Below, in pieces: positions 30,277 through 40,063 of a stretch of 64,000 nucleotides of DNA. Source of the stretch: Candidatus Levyibacteriota bacterium (GTDB lineage Bacteria > Patescibacteriota > Microgenomatia > Levybacterales > UBA12049); NCBI GenBank assembly GCA_027334565.1, contig DAHWUP010000002.1, forward strand, positions 82,240-146,239, given 5' to 3'. A program made the position numbers and the translations under genes. Under the pieces are notes generated by a model. It was not told the origin of the DNA, did not search any database, and saw nothing but the letters and a program-made list of their open reading frames with translations. Within the stretch, counting starts at the first letter, position 1, and each line of letters starts with the position of its first letter.

Positions 30277-30810
30277 TTATTGTCGTTGGGGACCGCTTCT
30301 TTGCGGAAGAGCGGGTAAATCGTTTAAAATGACACCGTTTTTGTCGGTCAAAATCCCGACGTCGTCAAACCACATTCTGTCCTGACCATTTTGGTCGTCC
30401 GAAAGGTTTAACTCTACAAAGTATAGTTTATCTCCCGTCTCGACCGTGAATTGCTGTTTATGGTCTTCCTGTTCCGTATTGTTAGGGGTAAGTGTAACCA
30501 ACATAGACCCGCCTGAACTTGCTACGGTCGACATTGTCCAGCCGTTTAACGCCGCTTTTACATCTGCCGGCGAAGTACCGTTTACCGGATAAATCAAATA
30601 TGAATGCTGGTTAAGCATCGGGTTATCCTGTAATTTTGTACCCTTAATGCTCGTTAAAGGCTTAGGTGCAGGAGTTAATTTGGTTGATGAAACGCCTTCT
30701 GTGGCAGGAAGAATTACCGATCGCCTACTGTAATGGACCCATAAAAATACCAACCCGACCAGTACCAATACCGCTATCACTCCGGCAACCAAAGAATAAT
30801 TCTTTTTCAT
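30277..30810 (-). CDS. membrane-anchored hypothetical protein
   Basis: N-terminal TM VAGVIAVLVLVGLVFLWV. Confidence 0.4.
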   Translation of the reverse strand: MKKNYSLVAGVIAVLVLVGLVFLWVHYSRRSVILPATEGVSSTKLTPAPKPLTSIKGTKLQDNPMLNQHSYLIYPVNGTSPADVKAALNGWTMSTVASSGGSMLVTLTPNNTEQEDHKQQFTVETGDKLYFVELNLSDDQNGQDRMWFDDVGILTDKNGVILNDLPALPQRSGPQRQ

Positions 30811-31034
30811 AAAAACCTAGAAAAAGTTTACCGTGCCCAGGCAGCAAATACGGTGATTTCGATCACGGGCTTCCTTCTTTTACCACAAATTTTATATATT
30901 CAGCTGGTTTTAAGAAATTTTGTCTATATTCTAGATAATATAAATTTTGTAAAAAATTTTAAAGGATCGCGGCCAGGCAGGAATAAAAACTGTCCGTGAC
31001 CCCAAATCATACCCCATATAACCATAGCGCCTTA

Positions 31035-31073
31035 AAATAAACGCTTCGCCAATCAGAAGCGTTTATTTTTTGG
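31035..31073 (+). terminator. intrinsic terminator-like hairpin (13-bp stem AAATAAACGCTTC/GAAGCGTTTATTT, 8-nt loop) followed by a U-tract; orphan (no annotated gene ends here)
   Basis: Perfect inverted repeat 31035-31068, then TTTGG. Confidence 0.45.
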
Positions 31074-31209
31074 TGATATGTTGATTAACAAATGTTATAA
31101 AGGTTTATCCGAAGCTATTAAACCTGCACTACCCTTTGTTCGGTTTCGTTGATGACTTTTCCTTGTAACAAAAAAAGTTTTCGCACGGATAATCCACAAC
31201 AAAAATGTA

Positions 31210-31235
31210 GTCTTGTCAATAACTTCTGTCAAGAC
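31210..31235. promoter_or_regulatory. imperfect palindrome GTCTTGTCA-N8-TGTCAAGAC overlapping the putative promoter (TATACT -10 at 31244-31249) of the riboflavin kinase gene
   Basis: Inverted repeat with 1 mismatch; candidate operator. Confidence 0.25.
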
Positions 31236-31255
31236 CGAAATGATATACTACACAA

Positions 31256-31636
31256 ATGAAGATATTGTACTTATTGCGAGGAAAAGTAAAAGAAGGAAAA
31301 AAAAGAGGAAAACGTCTGGGATTTCCCACCGCTAATATTACCTTGCATAAAAAAATTCCCGAAGGAATTTATGCTTCTAAAGTCACGATCGATAAACAGG
31401 ATTATTTGGCGGCTACTTTTATCGGCGCCTCCAAAACATTCAGAGAAACGGAACTTAAATGTGAAAGTTTTATTTTAAATTTCGATAACGAAATCTACGG
31501 TAAATGGATCACGGTTAAGCTAATTAAAAAAGTCCGCAGAAATAAAAAATTCTCTTCGGTTAAGAAACTTATTGATCAAATGGAAGTCGACATATCGAAT
31601 ATCCTGATGTTTTTTTCAAAAACTAAAACAAATTAG
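31256..31636 (+). CDS. monofunctional riboflavin kinase (RibF C-terminal-domain type)
   Basis: GKKRGKRLGFPTANI..PEGIYASKV..ELKCESFILNFDNEIYGKWITVKLIKKVR. Confidence 0.75.
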   Translation: MKILYLLRGKVKEGKKRGKRLGFPTANITLHKKIPEGIYASKVTIDKQDYLAATFIGASKTFRETELKCESFILNFDNEIYGKWITVKLIKKVRRNKKFSSVKKLIDQMEVDISNILMFFSKTKTN

Positions 31637-32289
31637 TCCTTTCCGTTGTTCCAAAAATCTCCATTGTGTCCTTCGCGGTCCATCGTTTTGTTTTCATATT
31701 GTTGCTCCAGTTGCTTTTGCTTATTGTCGGTTTGGAGAATCACTTTTTCAATTTCAGGTTTATTGTTAAGCGAAGCGCTCTTACTTGCTTCTTCCAAATT
31801 TTGCGCACTTTGTTCGACACTTCTCAGATTTATTTTGTTGTTTTTGTTGAGAGTTTGCTCGTAATCGTTGATCGTTCCTTGTAAATTAGACGAATTGTTC
31901 TGCGCCGAAAGTGCTTTGATTTCTTCGCTCCTTCTTTTGAGCATCTGGCCGCTAAAAGAGGGGTTAACCGCAGATACAATATTTTCAGTCAGTCTTTTTA
32001 CGGGATATAATAAATCGCCGGGTAAACTGTTTTGAGCATCCACTATCGTATAAGAACCCGCGGACAACATCAAAATTATTGCCATAAATGAAAGAATCAG
32101 CCATTTACTATACCTTAAGCCTTCCCCGTGTCCCGGAAAATGCAGTAAAAAGCTGGTCTTAGTAAATTGCGATCTCTCAAACCGGTATAAGTTAGAAATA
32201 TTCTTAGACAACAAACCCAATTCCTCTGCCTCCTTTGCGGAAGCTCCGGATTGTTTTAATTCCTTTATAATGTTTTCTAAATCATTCAT
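31633..32289 (-). CDS. putative anti-sigma factor (single-pass membrane protein) co-transcribed with the ECF sigma factor
   Basis: 8-nt overlap with the sigma gene; one TM (LILSFMAIILMLSAG); Q/N-rich ectodomain. Confidence 0.45.
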   Translation of the reverse strand: MNDLENIIKELKQSGASAKEAEELGLLSKNISNLYRFERSQFTKTSFLLHFPGHGEGLRYSKWLILSFMAIILMLSAGSYTIVDAQNSLPGDLLYPVKRLTENIVSAVNPSFSGQMLKRRSEEIKALSAQNNSSNLQGTINDYEQTLNKNNKINLRSVEQSAQNLEEASKSASLNNKPEIEKVILQTDNKQKQLEQQYENKTMDREGHNGDFWNNGKD

Positions 32290-32788
32290 TGCTTATGATC
32301 TCCTTTAATTTCTTCAACGCACGAAATTGCAATACTCTGACATTTACTTCACTTATCCCTAAAATTTGTCCCGTTTCCCTGGCGGATAATTCATTGACGA
32401 ACCTTAGAATTACCACTTCCTTTAAATTCTTAGATAAATATTGAAGCGCCCGGGTAACCTTTCCGATATTTTCATCCTTCTCCAGCTTTTCGATCAAATT
32501 TTCGTCGTAATGAGGTTCTATGCCCAGCTCCGTCATATCCTCCAAAGAAGTTTTCTTGGTCCTGGAATCTTTTCTAAAATGATCGATCATGACGCTTTTG
32601 GCAACTTTGTATAAGTACGCCTGAATAAAATCGGTGTTTATTTTCTCCCAGTTTTTCCAAACTTTTAGGAACACTTCGCTTGTGATGTCCTCCGCCAAAT
32701 TCGGATCCCGGGTGTTTAAATAAACGTATTTATATATCTTATCCGAGAATTTCAAGTATGTTCTTTCGAATTCTTTTTTTAATTGCAT
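32282..32788 (-). CDS. RNA polymerase ECF-type sigma-70 family factor
   Basis: Region 2 (DITSEVFLKVW..YLYKVAKSVMIDHFRK) and region 4 HTH (LSARETGQILGISEVNVRVLQFRALKKL). Confidence 0.8.
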   Translation of the reverse strand: MQLKKEFERTYLKFSDKIYKYVYLNTRDPNLAEDITSEVFLKVWKNWEKINTDFIQAYLYKVAKSVMIDHFRKDSRTKKTSLEDMTELGIEPHYDENLIEKLEKDENIGKVTRALQYLSKNLKEVVILRFVNELSARETGQILGISEVNVRVLQFRALKKLKEIISNE

Positions 32789-32846
32789 CGGACATATTCT
32801 ATCACAGCCTAATATTGTAACGATATTTTCGGACTTTCGTTATATA

Positions 32847-33497
32847 TTGCATATGAAAAAGATTATTGCATTTTTAGCCATTATTTTAATCTTTGCCCTC
32901 TTGCAAAATAAAAATAATTTACAAGCCTATGCAGACCAGAATATTCATAAGACCTCTATCGATGTGGCCAAAAACGTATTTAACGGTTTTGAAAATGGAA
33001 AAAACAAATACCAAATACGCGTTTTCGGCAACAACTTCATGATAAAAGGACAGATCTCGGCCGCGTCCTCAACGTCAATTACCATTAATTCACAGGTTAT
33101 CTACATAGACCCATCCGTCACCGGAGATGTTAAAGTTGTCGGAAATCCGCAGGTTAATGCATACGCGATCATCTCGGGAATCATTCAGAACTCCGATTAT
33201 TATGCTCAAAGAATAGTAATAAACCAACGGGACAAAAATGAACCGTCAGAAAATGAACAGGGAGAAGAAAACGAAAATGTTACTCCGACCGTCACACCCA
33301 CCGTTATCCCTACGGTTACGCTTACGCCGACTCCGACCCCAATTGCCACCGAAAGCCCAACACTTACACCGACCCCCGTATCCACCCAGAGCGCAAGTAT
33401 CGAAACCAACTTTGGCAATCAGTTCAACCTGCAAAACATCATCAATAATTTTGAAAAGTTTTTTTCTTTCGTCAATAACGGATTTTTCAGATTTTAA
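32847..33497 (+). CDS. secreted protein with a C-terminal Pro/Thr-rich region
   Basis: Signal peptide IIAFLAIILIFALL; TPTVTPTVIPTVTLTPTPTP. Confidence 0.45.
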   Translation: MHMKKIIAFLAIILIFALLQNKNNLQAYADQNIHKTSIDVAKNVFNGFENGKNKYQIRVFGNNFMIKGQISAASSTSITINSQVIYIDPSVTGDVKVVGNPQVNAYAIISGIIQNSDYYAQRIVINQRDKNEPSENEQGEENENVTPTVTPTVIPTVTLTPTPTPIATESPTLTPTPVSTQSASIETNFGNQFNLQNIINNFEKFFSFVNNGFFRF

Positions 33498-33544
33498 TTC
33501 AGTTTCTTAAACCCCTTAAACAACTAGTGATATAATTCCAAAAT

Positions 33545-34444
33545 ATGAGGACATTCATTTTATTATCGATAGTTATTGCGGTGTTTGTTACGGTCTTGGC
33601 CGCTTTTTCGTCAAACAACCCAAAACTTAAGATCAATAAGACTATCCAAAAGTCGATTGATAATTTTCGTTTCAACCATATCGCAGTAATAGTTATGGAA
33701 AATAAAACCTTTGATGAAATTGCCGGAAACAAAGAGGCGCCTTACATCAACTCGTTAATAGAAAAATACGGATTGGCGGCTAAATATTCCGCCGTAACCC
33801 ACCCCAGTCTTCCCAATTACCTGGCGCTTTTGGGTGGTGACACCTTCGATGTGACCGGTGATTGCGAAAACTGTTTTATTCCGGATGAAAATCTGGTCGA
33901 TCGGCTGGAACAAAGAGGCCTCACTTGGAAAGCATATATGGAGTCCATGCCAAGCCCATGTTATATTGGCAGTAGCGGTCTTTATGCACAAAAGCACGAC
34001 CCGTTCATTTATTTTGATGACATCAGAAATAATCCAAAGCGATGTAGTAAGATCGTCGACTACTCCCAGCTACTTAACGATTTAAAAAGCCGACAAACAG
34101 CTCCCGATTTTATCTGGATCACGCCCAATCTTTGTAATGACATGCATGACTGTCCGGTTTCAACGGGAGATAAATGGTTAAGCGAACAAATTCCTTCGAT
34201 ATTAAACTCCGAGGCTTTTTCAAAAAGCGATTCGCTTATAGTTCTGACTTTCGATGAAGGTAACGATAACGACAATAATGTGGCAACGATATTAATCGGC
34301 AAAAACGTTAAACCCGGCTACCGGTCACAAGTCGCGTACACCCACTATTCCCTGCTTAAAACAATCGAACAAAATTGGGGCCTTGATTATTTGACAACCA
34401 ATGTGGAAAAAAGCCCGGCGATGTTTGAATTTTTCAAAAAATAA
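33545..34444 (+). CDS. phosphoesterase-family protein (PLC/AcpA-like, PF04185), secreted
   Basis: FNHIAVIVMENKTFDEIAG..HPSLPNYLALLGGDTF; N-terminal signal anchor. Confidence 0.7.
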   Translation: MRTFILLSIVIAVFVTVLAAFSSNNPKLKINKTIQKSIDNFRFNHIAVIVMENKTFDEIAGNKEAPYINSLIEKYGLAAKYSAVTHPSLPNYLALLGGDTFDVTGDCENCFIPDENLVDRLEQRGLTWKAYMESMPSPCYIGSSGLYAQKHDPFIYFDDIRNNPKRCSKIVDYSQLLNDLKSRQTAPDFIWITPNLCNDMHDCPVSTGDKWLSEQIPSILNSEAFSKSDSLIVLTFDEGNDNDNNVATILIGKNVKPGYRSQVAYTHYSLLKTIEQNWGLDYLTTNVEKSPAMFEFFKK

Positions 34445-34463
34445 ACGGCTAAATAACCACCTG

Positions 34464-34883
34464 TTAAGGATTGATACGAACCGTTTGGGCACTGGTTGTG
34501 CCATTTATACCCTGTTCGTAAACCGTCACATTTTGTCCCGGCTTAAGACTGTTTTGATCGACCGTACTAAGTTGCTGGTATTGTGTTAAGGCTGAAAGCG
34601 AAACCGTCCTGATCGTGCCGTTAGGCATTTTGACGGTTATTTGATTTCCCGAAATACCGGTGATTATCCCATTCAACACTCCTCGTTGGAAAATTCTTCT
34701 TGGGAAAACGAAACGATTCGTTCCTCTTAAAAAACCGTATCTTCCCCGCATACCCGGCATATATCCATATCCGTAATAAATCCTATTCAATCTCTCCCTT
34801 TGGACAGAAACTTTAAGAGCAAAAGCAAAAACCATTACCAATACCGCTACGATAATTATACCGATAACTTTTTTTCCGTTCAT
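34464..34883 (-). CDS. membrane-anchored hypothetical protein
   Basis: N-terminal TM; ORF only. Confidence 0.35.
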   Translation of the reverse strand: MNGKKVIGIIIVAVLVMVFAFALKVSVQRERLNRIYYGYGYMPGMRGRYGFLRGTNRFVFPRRIFQRGVLNGIITGISGNQITVKMPNGTIRTVSLSALTQYQQLSTVDQNSLKPGQNVTVYEQGINGTTSAQTVRINP

Positions 34884-34936
34884 AAGTTAATTTATTATCA
34901 CTGTAACCTGAATAAAAACTGAACAACTCATACAAG

Positions 34937-36394
34937 TTACCAGAGCATCACCCAGAAAGTTTGCATTATCAATACCTGGATGAACTGGATAAAAATAAAG
35001 ATAAGGAAATATTTAGAATTGAATTTTAAATTTTCTGTAAGAAAACGGGCCATGGGGACAACTAAAAAAGGGATAAAAATTAACCAAATCCTTCCCGCCT
35101 CCCCCCTCACCAGCCCCAACGCGTCGACCGTAAATAAAGTAGTCAAAAAAGGTATAAGCATTACTATTTCTTTCGACCGTTTATATTTTATAAAATTGCC
35201 GATTAAATCTTTCAAAAGCAGTATAAAAATGACCGACACGGGAATACCGGCAAACACGAAAAAATCATAAAAATTATAAAATACCCAGGGAAAATATGAT
35301 CTTTGGACCATTCCTTTCGATAAAACAGCGGCGGTAATAGTAAAAAAGTTGGTGTTTAGAAATATTAATAAAAACAATAAAAATGACAGTAGTCCTGCGA
35401 TTAAGGCCAGGTAACTTTCCATTAATTTATTAATAAGTTGCGAGAATTTGTATTTTTGATTTAAGAGCAACAGTAAACATACAAAATAAAATAGTAAAAA
35501 GGGGGCAATGCTCAGAGAAAAAAATAAACCGAATGCAAGAATCAATCCGGACATATACGCAAATTTTAAATTATTTTTCTCTACCGCCAATATAATAAAT
35601 ATTAACGCTAATAAAGGAAATATAGTATAAAACGCGTCCAAGAGCGGAACAAAAAAAATGACGCTTGGAACGGTTGAATAAATCACCGAACTTCTAAACG
35701 CGGTTTTGACGTTAAAAATTATTTTTGTCAAATAGTAAAGCGGGGCCACGGGCAGTGCTACCAGAAAAGGGATAAAAAGCGACGAAAAAACTGCGGTTTC
35801 TTTCTGGTTTTGTAACAATCCTAACCAAATTTTGGCAACCGACGGAGTTGAGGGAGTTAAATGCGCGATAATACCGGAATTTGGAAGATGTTGAAAAATC
35901 ACCTCGAATAGCCAAAATAATACTATTCCACCCGGAGGGTGGCTTTTGGCATGCATGGTAAGTGCCGGAACTATGTCGGCAAAAGTGGATAAATAAGAAA
36001 TTAAATTATGGATTTGCAAGGAAGCCGTAAATTGTCCGTTTGCGCCGGGGCTGATAATTCTTTCGATCAAGACGGATATTCCGCTTCTCGAAAAAAAAAG
36101 GATACTAAAAACAAAAAGGTATAGCCAGACAATCACAAACGAGATCAACGCTTTCTCATGATTTTTGATCTCCTTTTCTTTGGAATCGTATTTATTTATC
36201 AGCCAAAATAACGCTATAAAAAGCAAAAAGGGGGCCCAGACTTTTGGCAAAGATGAGGCGGAAAACTGGTACGGCCATCGCCAATCGGGAGGATAAACTC
36301 CCGGGCCCCTAAGATATGGACTAATGTTGAAAGCGATGGCAAGAAAAAAAACGGCTGCCAAAAGAATAGTGAGCGATAAGACTTTTTTTTGCAT
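34937..36394 (-). CDS. polytopic membrane protein (12 or more TM helices), possible GT-C-type glycosyltransferase
   Basis: Hydrophobicity pattern only. Confidence 0.4.
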   Translation of the reverse strand: MQKKVLSLTILLAAVFFLAIAFNISPYLRGPGVYPPDWRWPYQFSASSLPKVWAPFLLFIALFWLINKYDSKEKEIKNHEKALISFVIVWLYLFVFSILFFSRSGISVLIERIISPGANGQFTASLQIHNLISYLSTFADIVPALTMHAKSHPPGGIVLFWLFEVIFQHLPNSGIIAHLTPSTPSVAKIWLGLLQNQKETAVFSSLFIPFLVALPVAPLYYLTKIIFNVKTAFRSSVIYSTVPSVIFFVPLLDAFYTIFPLLALIFIILAVEKNNLKFAYMSGLILAFGLFFSLSIAPFLLFYFVCLLLLLNQKYKFSQLINKLMESYLALIAGLLSFLLFLLIFLNTNFFTITAAVLSKGMVQRSYFPWVFYNFYDFFVFAGIPVSVIFILLLKDLIGNFIKYKRSKEIVMLIPFLTTLFTVDALGLVRGEAGRIWLIFIPFLVVPMARFLTENLKFNSKYFLIFIFIQFIQVLIMQTFWVMLW

Positions 36395-36427
36395 TTAAAA
36401 AAATAGCGTAAATAGAAGTTTTAACAC

Positions 36428-37075
36428 TTAGTATCTGTTCTTAAGCATCTTTTTGTTTCTGTGGACCCACCAGTCGCTCTCTTTATCAAAAAACCACCAG
36501 TCGTCGGACTTTGTGCCTAAAATGACCTTGGCTAAATTTTTGGCAACATCGGTTCTTAATCTTTTTACGGCCGAAGGCAGCCAGGACACCGCCCTTTTAT
36601 TACCGATATCGACCTGTTCCTTTAAAGTCAAAAGCCATTCGATATTGTCAGCATCTTTGGCAAGAATTGCTTCTTTGGATTTTCTCTTTTTGTATTCATT
36701 CAAAACGTCAAGTATTTTACCACCAAACTCCAAAGTATCCATCAGCTCTTTGATTGCCGCAAATTCATCCGAAACCGTATATTTCTGATGTACATAATTG
36801 AGGTCGCTAGTCCTGGCTTCAGCAAGGTCATGAAACAGGCACATTTGCAGTACTTTTGATGAATCAACATCCTTCTCCAAGGTTGCCAAAACATAGCCGA
36901 CGTATGCGGTTCTGGTTAAATGTTCTGAAACCGATTGTTGTCCGCTACCCAAGAAAAAGAATGCGCTTCTGGGTGTTTTGGATAATGCACCCACTTCGAA
37001 CAAAAAATTTACCACTGCCTTATTAGGATTGACTTTACCGCCTTTTTTCATAAAGGTATTGTAATCAATTTTCAA
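36428..37075 (-). CDS. HD-domain hydrolase (YfbR-like 5'-deoxynucleotidase family)
   Basis: SVSEHLTRTAY..CLFHDLAEARTSDL. Confidence 0.75.
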   Translation of the reverse strand: MKIDYNTFMKKGGKVNPNKAVVNFLFEVGALSKTPRSAFFFLGSGQQSVSEHLTRTAYVGYVLATLEKDVDSSKVLQMCLFHDLAEARTSDLNYVHQKYTVSDEFAAIKELMDTLEFGGKILDVLNEYKKRKSKEAILAKDADNIEWLLTLKEQVDIGNKRAVSWLPSAVKRLRTDVAKNLAKVILGTKSDDWWFFDKESDWWVHRNKKMLKNRY

Positions 37076-37091
37076 CGGATGTCAATGAGAC

Positions 37092-38054
37092 TCAAAGAAG
37101 ACTATTGTTTCTCGTAGACTCAAGCTCCACCTGCACATACTTTGCGGATGGCACTTCTTTTTTAACCCTATCCTCGATCTTATCTACCAGCTGCTCAAGT
37201 TCTCTCGTGCCGAGCTTCGCGTTCATGTGAATATATAAGTTCACGAGTAATTTTTCCGTACCGATATGCATCGTCTTAATCCCCAGAACATTTTCCACTT
37301 CATCTATTTCCATCGCAGCACTGATTATCTTATCTTCTGTTTCTTTTGATGCGCTCTTGCCGATCAAAAGGTCCCTGATTCCTAGAATTAACCCAAAAGC
37401 CATTATCGCCAGTACTATCCCGATGACCATCGATCCCAACCCGTCAAATCTCTGATCACCGGTTAAAACATATATCCCCAGCGCTAAGGTTCCCAAAATC
37501 GCCGAACTTGTTCCCATTAAATCCAGCGTGAACGTGGTTTTTGTCTCAACCAGAGAAGATCTAAAGAATATTCTTGCAATATGTCTTGCCGGTCTTCTTC
37601 TTAAAAGTCTTAAAAGGCTAAGCAAAAAAGCATATCCGTTGGTAATAACCGTAATGAACAGCACTACCAAGGCAATATTAACATCATGGATCGGTTTTGG
37701 ATATAGAAACCGGCTCAGTCCGAAGTAAAACGCGAGTGATGAAGTTAAGCTGAACATAATAAGAGCCGCCAAAAGGTTCCAGAAATATACCTCATTTCCG
37801 TAACCGAACGGATGCACTTCATCCGCTTTTTGCGAAGCCCGATAAAATCCGATCATTAAAAAACTTGATGAGATTAAATCCGAAATTCCTTCCAAAAATT
37901 CGGTAATCATTATTACGCTTCCCGATAAAACTGCAACAGAAAGGTTAAGAAGTATGTCCAGCAAATCAACCGTAAACGAGGTGATGATAACTCTTTTCGA
38001 AGTCAAATGCTGGTCTGGTTTAGCGGGATTTACCTCCATGATTTTATTATACAA
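37092..38054 (-). CDS. cation diffusion facilitator (CDF) family metal efflux transporter
   Basis: 6 TM plus C-terminal cytoplasmic domain; LNLSVAVLSGSVIMITEFLEGISDLIS. Confidence 0.8.
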   Translation of the reverse strand: MYNKIMEVNPAKPDQHLTSKRVIITSFTVDLLDILLNLSVAVLSGSVIMITEFLEGISDLISSSFLMIGFYRASQKADEVHPFGYGNEVYFWNLLAALIMFSLTSSLAFYFGLSRFLYPKPIHDVNIALVVLFITVITNGYAFLLSLLRLLRRRPARHIARIFFRSSLVETKTTFTLDLMGTSSAILGTLALGIYVLTGDQRFDGLGSMVIGIVLAIMAFGLILGIRDLLIGKSASKETEDKIISAAMEIDEVENVLGIKTMHIGTEKLLVNLYIHMNAKLGTRELEQLVDKIEDRVKKEVPSAKYVQVELESTRNNSLL

Positions 38055-38078
38055 GTTTTAATTTGTTTTTTGAAAAAC

Positions 38079-38954
38079 CTAAAGGCTGACAACTTGGGGA
38101 ATAATCTTTTTTCCGAAAATATCAAGTGGTTTAATTTTTTCGACTCCGCTAATGCTGTAAATAACCTGATCAATCCCCGCTTGCCCAAGCTGCATGCATT
38201 CGTGGATTACCTCATCCGGATTAATATCCTCACCGTCTAAGTGGGAAATAACGGTTTTTTCTATCTCTTCATAATTTCTGCCTACTTCTTCACAATGCTT
38301 TTGTAAAACATCGAGTTTGTGATTTAACTCTTCAATGCCTGCCCTTGCGAACAGATTACAGGCATCGGCATATTGCGCTACCAAACGAAGAGTTTTTTTC
38401 TCACCACCGCCGCCTACCAAAATGGGAGGATGAGGTTTTTGTAAGGCTTGCGGACTATTCAACGGATGTTCCAAATGATAATGTTTGCCTTTAAAAGGCT
38501 TACTATCCCCCGACCACATGCGCTGAAAAATTTGCAGGGTTTCCTCCAATCTTTCGAAGCGTTCCTTAAGCGGAGGAAAATTAAAACCAAGGGCTTTAGA
38601 TTCCTGTTCATTCCATGCCGCACCGATACCCAAAACCGCTCTTCCCCCACTCAAAACATCCAGGGCCGTTACCGCTTTGACCAAGAGAGCGGGATCACGG
38701 TAAATCACACCGGTCACCATAGTCCCCATTTTAACTTTTTTGGTCAAACCGGCGATATAACCTAAAGTCGTATATGCTTCGAGCATCGGCTCTTCGGGAG
38801 CTCCGACATAACCGATTTGAAAGAAATGATCCATCACCCAAACGCTATAAAAACCGTTTTTGTCTGCCGAAACCGCGATGTCCTTAAGCAGTTCTCCGAT
38901 CTTCGCATCCCCCCCGGTCCAGGTAAATTTATTGATTTGAAGGCCAATTTTCAT
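38079..38954 (-). CDS. LLM-class (luciferase-like) flavin/F420-type oxidoreductase
   Basis: FYSVWVMDHF..; LDVLSGGRAVLGIGAAW. Confidence 0.7.
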   Translation of the reverse strand: MKIGLQINKFTWTGGDAKIGELLKDIAVSADKNGFYSVWVMDHFFQIGYVGAPEEPMLEAYTTLGYIAGLTKKVKMGTMVTGVIYRDPALLVKAVTALDVLSGGRAVLGIGAAWNEQESKALGFNFPPLKERFERLEETLQIFQRMWSGDSKPFKGKHYHLEHPLNSPQALQKPHPPILVGGGGEKKTLRLVAQYADACNLFARAGIEELNHKLDVLQKHCEEVGRNYEEIEKTVISHLDGEDINPDEVIHECMQLGQAGIDQVIYSISGVEKIKPLDIFGKKIIPQVVSL

Positions 38955-39074
38955 ACCGATATTTTAACAGCAATAAATTTTCGCATAGAATGTTTATTGA
39001 GTCGGTGATAAAATAATATTCACAGATATTATACATAAACATCCTGAAAAATACTTGAAAATAGTTAAAAATTT

Positions 39075-40061
39075 ATGGCAAAAATTTATTACTTTTTAGG
39101 ACATGAACAATTTCACCCCGAAAAGCTGGTCGAATTTGCAAGGACCGCGGAAACTGCCGGCTTCGACGGTCTTTTTGTATCCGAACACTTCAATCCCTGG
39201 GTGGATGATAAAGGTGCTTCGGGTTTCGCGTTTTCCACCCTCGGTGCGATCGCGGCGGTAACCCAAAGGATCGAACTGATGACGGGTGTGATCACTCCTC
39301 TATTTAGATATCATCCGGCGGTGATCGCACAGGCCGCGGCTACTCTGGATCGCATATCGGGGGGTAGATTCTACCTGGGCGTTGGAACCGGAGAGTCGAT
39401 TAACGAAACGCCGCTTGGTATCGAATTCCCCAAATACACCGAACGATCGGAAAGAATGATAGAGGCGCTGAAAATCATGCGTAGATTACTTGATAAGGAA
39501 AAGTTAAGTTTTGCCGGCAACTATTACAAAACCGAGAACGTAAAGTTGTACAGCCCACCGTTACACTCGATACCGATTTTAATGGCGGCCCAAGGACCAA
39601 AATCCGCCGAACTTGCGGCCGAATATTCCGACGGCATCATCGTCAGCATAAAGGACCCCAGGGAGCAAAATGAAAAAGTTATCGTACCGGCTAATAAAAA
39701 AAGGAAACTGCTGGGGAAAGCAAAATTGACAATCGTCACAAACCGATGGACTGTTTTTGCCAAAAACGAAGAACAGGCTCTAAAAGCCCTGGCACCCTGG
39801 CGTGGTTTGCGTTCGCCCGGAAGAGACACTGCTTATGACCCCAAACTATTGCAAGAGGAGGCAGATCTACTCAACAAAAATGAAATTCTAAGTAAATATA
39901 CGGTCTTGACCTCGGCCGAGGATTATATCGATGCATATTCGCCGCTAATTACCCAGCTGAATTCGGACATCGTGGTTATTCAGACCACAACCCACGAAAA
40001 TCAAGATGAATTAATTAGAATGATCGGCAAACAGGTCCTGACAAAACTTAAAAGACTATGA
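39075..40061 (+). CDS. LLM-class oxidoreductase resembling F420-dependent glucose-6-phosphate dehydrogenase (FGD) family
   Basis: N-terminus MAKIYYFLGHEQFHPEKLVEFARTAETAGFDGLFVSEHFNPW parallels the FGD N-terminus (..GYKASAEQF.PRELVEL...AE..G.D...VSDHFQPW); LDRISGGRFYLGVGTGES. Confidence 0.65.
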   Translation: MAKIYYFLGHEQFHPEKLVEFARTAETAGFDGLFVSEHFNPWVDDKGASGFAFSTLGAIAAVTQRIELMTGVITPLFRYHPAVIAQAAATLDRISGGRFYLGVGTGESINETPLGIEFPKYTERSERMIEALKIMRRLLDKEKLSFAGNYYKTENVKLYSPPLHSIPILMAAQGPKSAELAAEYSDGIIVSIKDPREQNEKVIVPANKKRKLLGKAKLTIVTNRWTVFAKNEEQALKALAPWRGLRSPGRDTAYDPKLLQEEADLLNKNEILSKYTVLTSAEDYIDAYSPLITQLNSDIVVIQTTTHENQDELIRMIGKQVLTKLKRL

Positions 40062-40063
40062 TT

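Noticed and set aside
33206-33510. Several ORFs (33206-33418 minus, 33238-33510 plus, 33246-33434 minus) over the Pro/Thr-rich stretch
   Set aside because: They are alternative-frame readings of the ACNCCNAC repeat that encodes the PT linker of the 32847-33497 protein, with no independent support.
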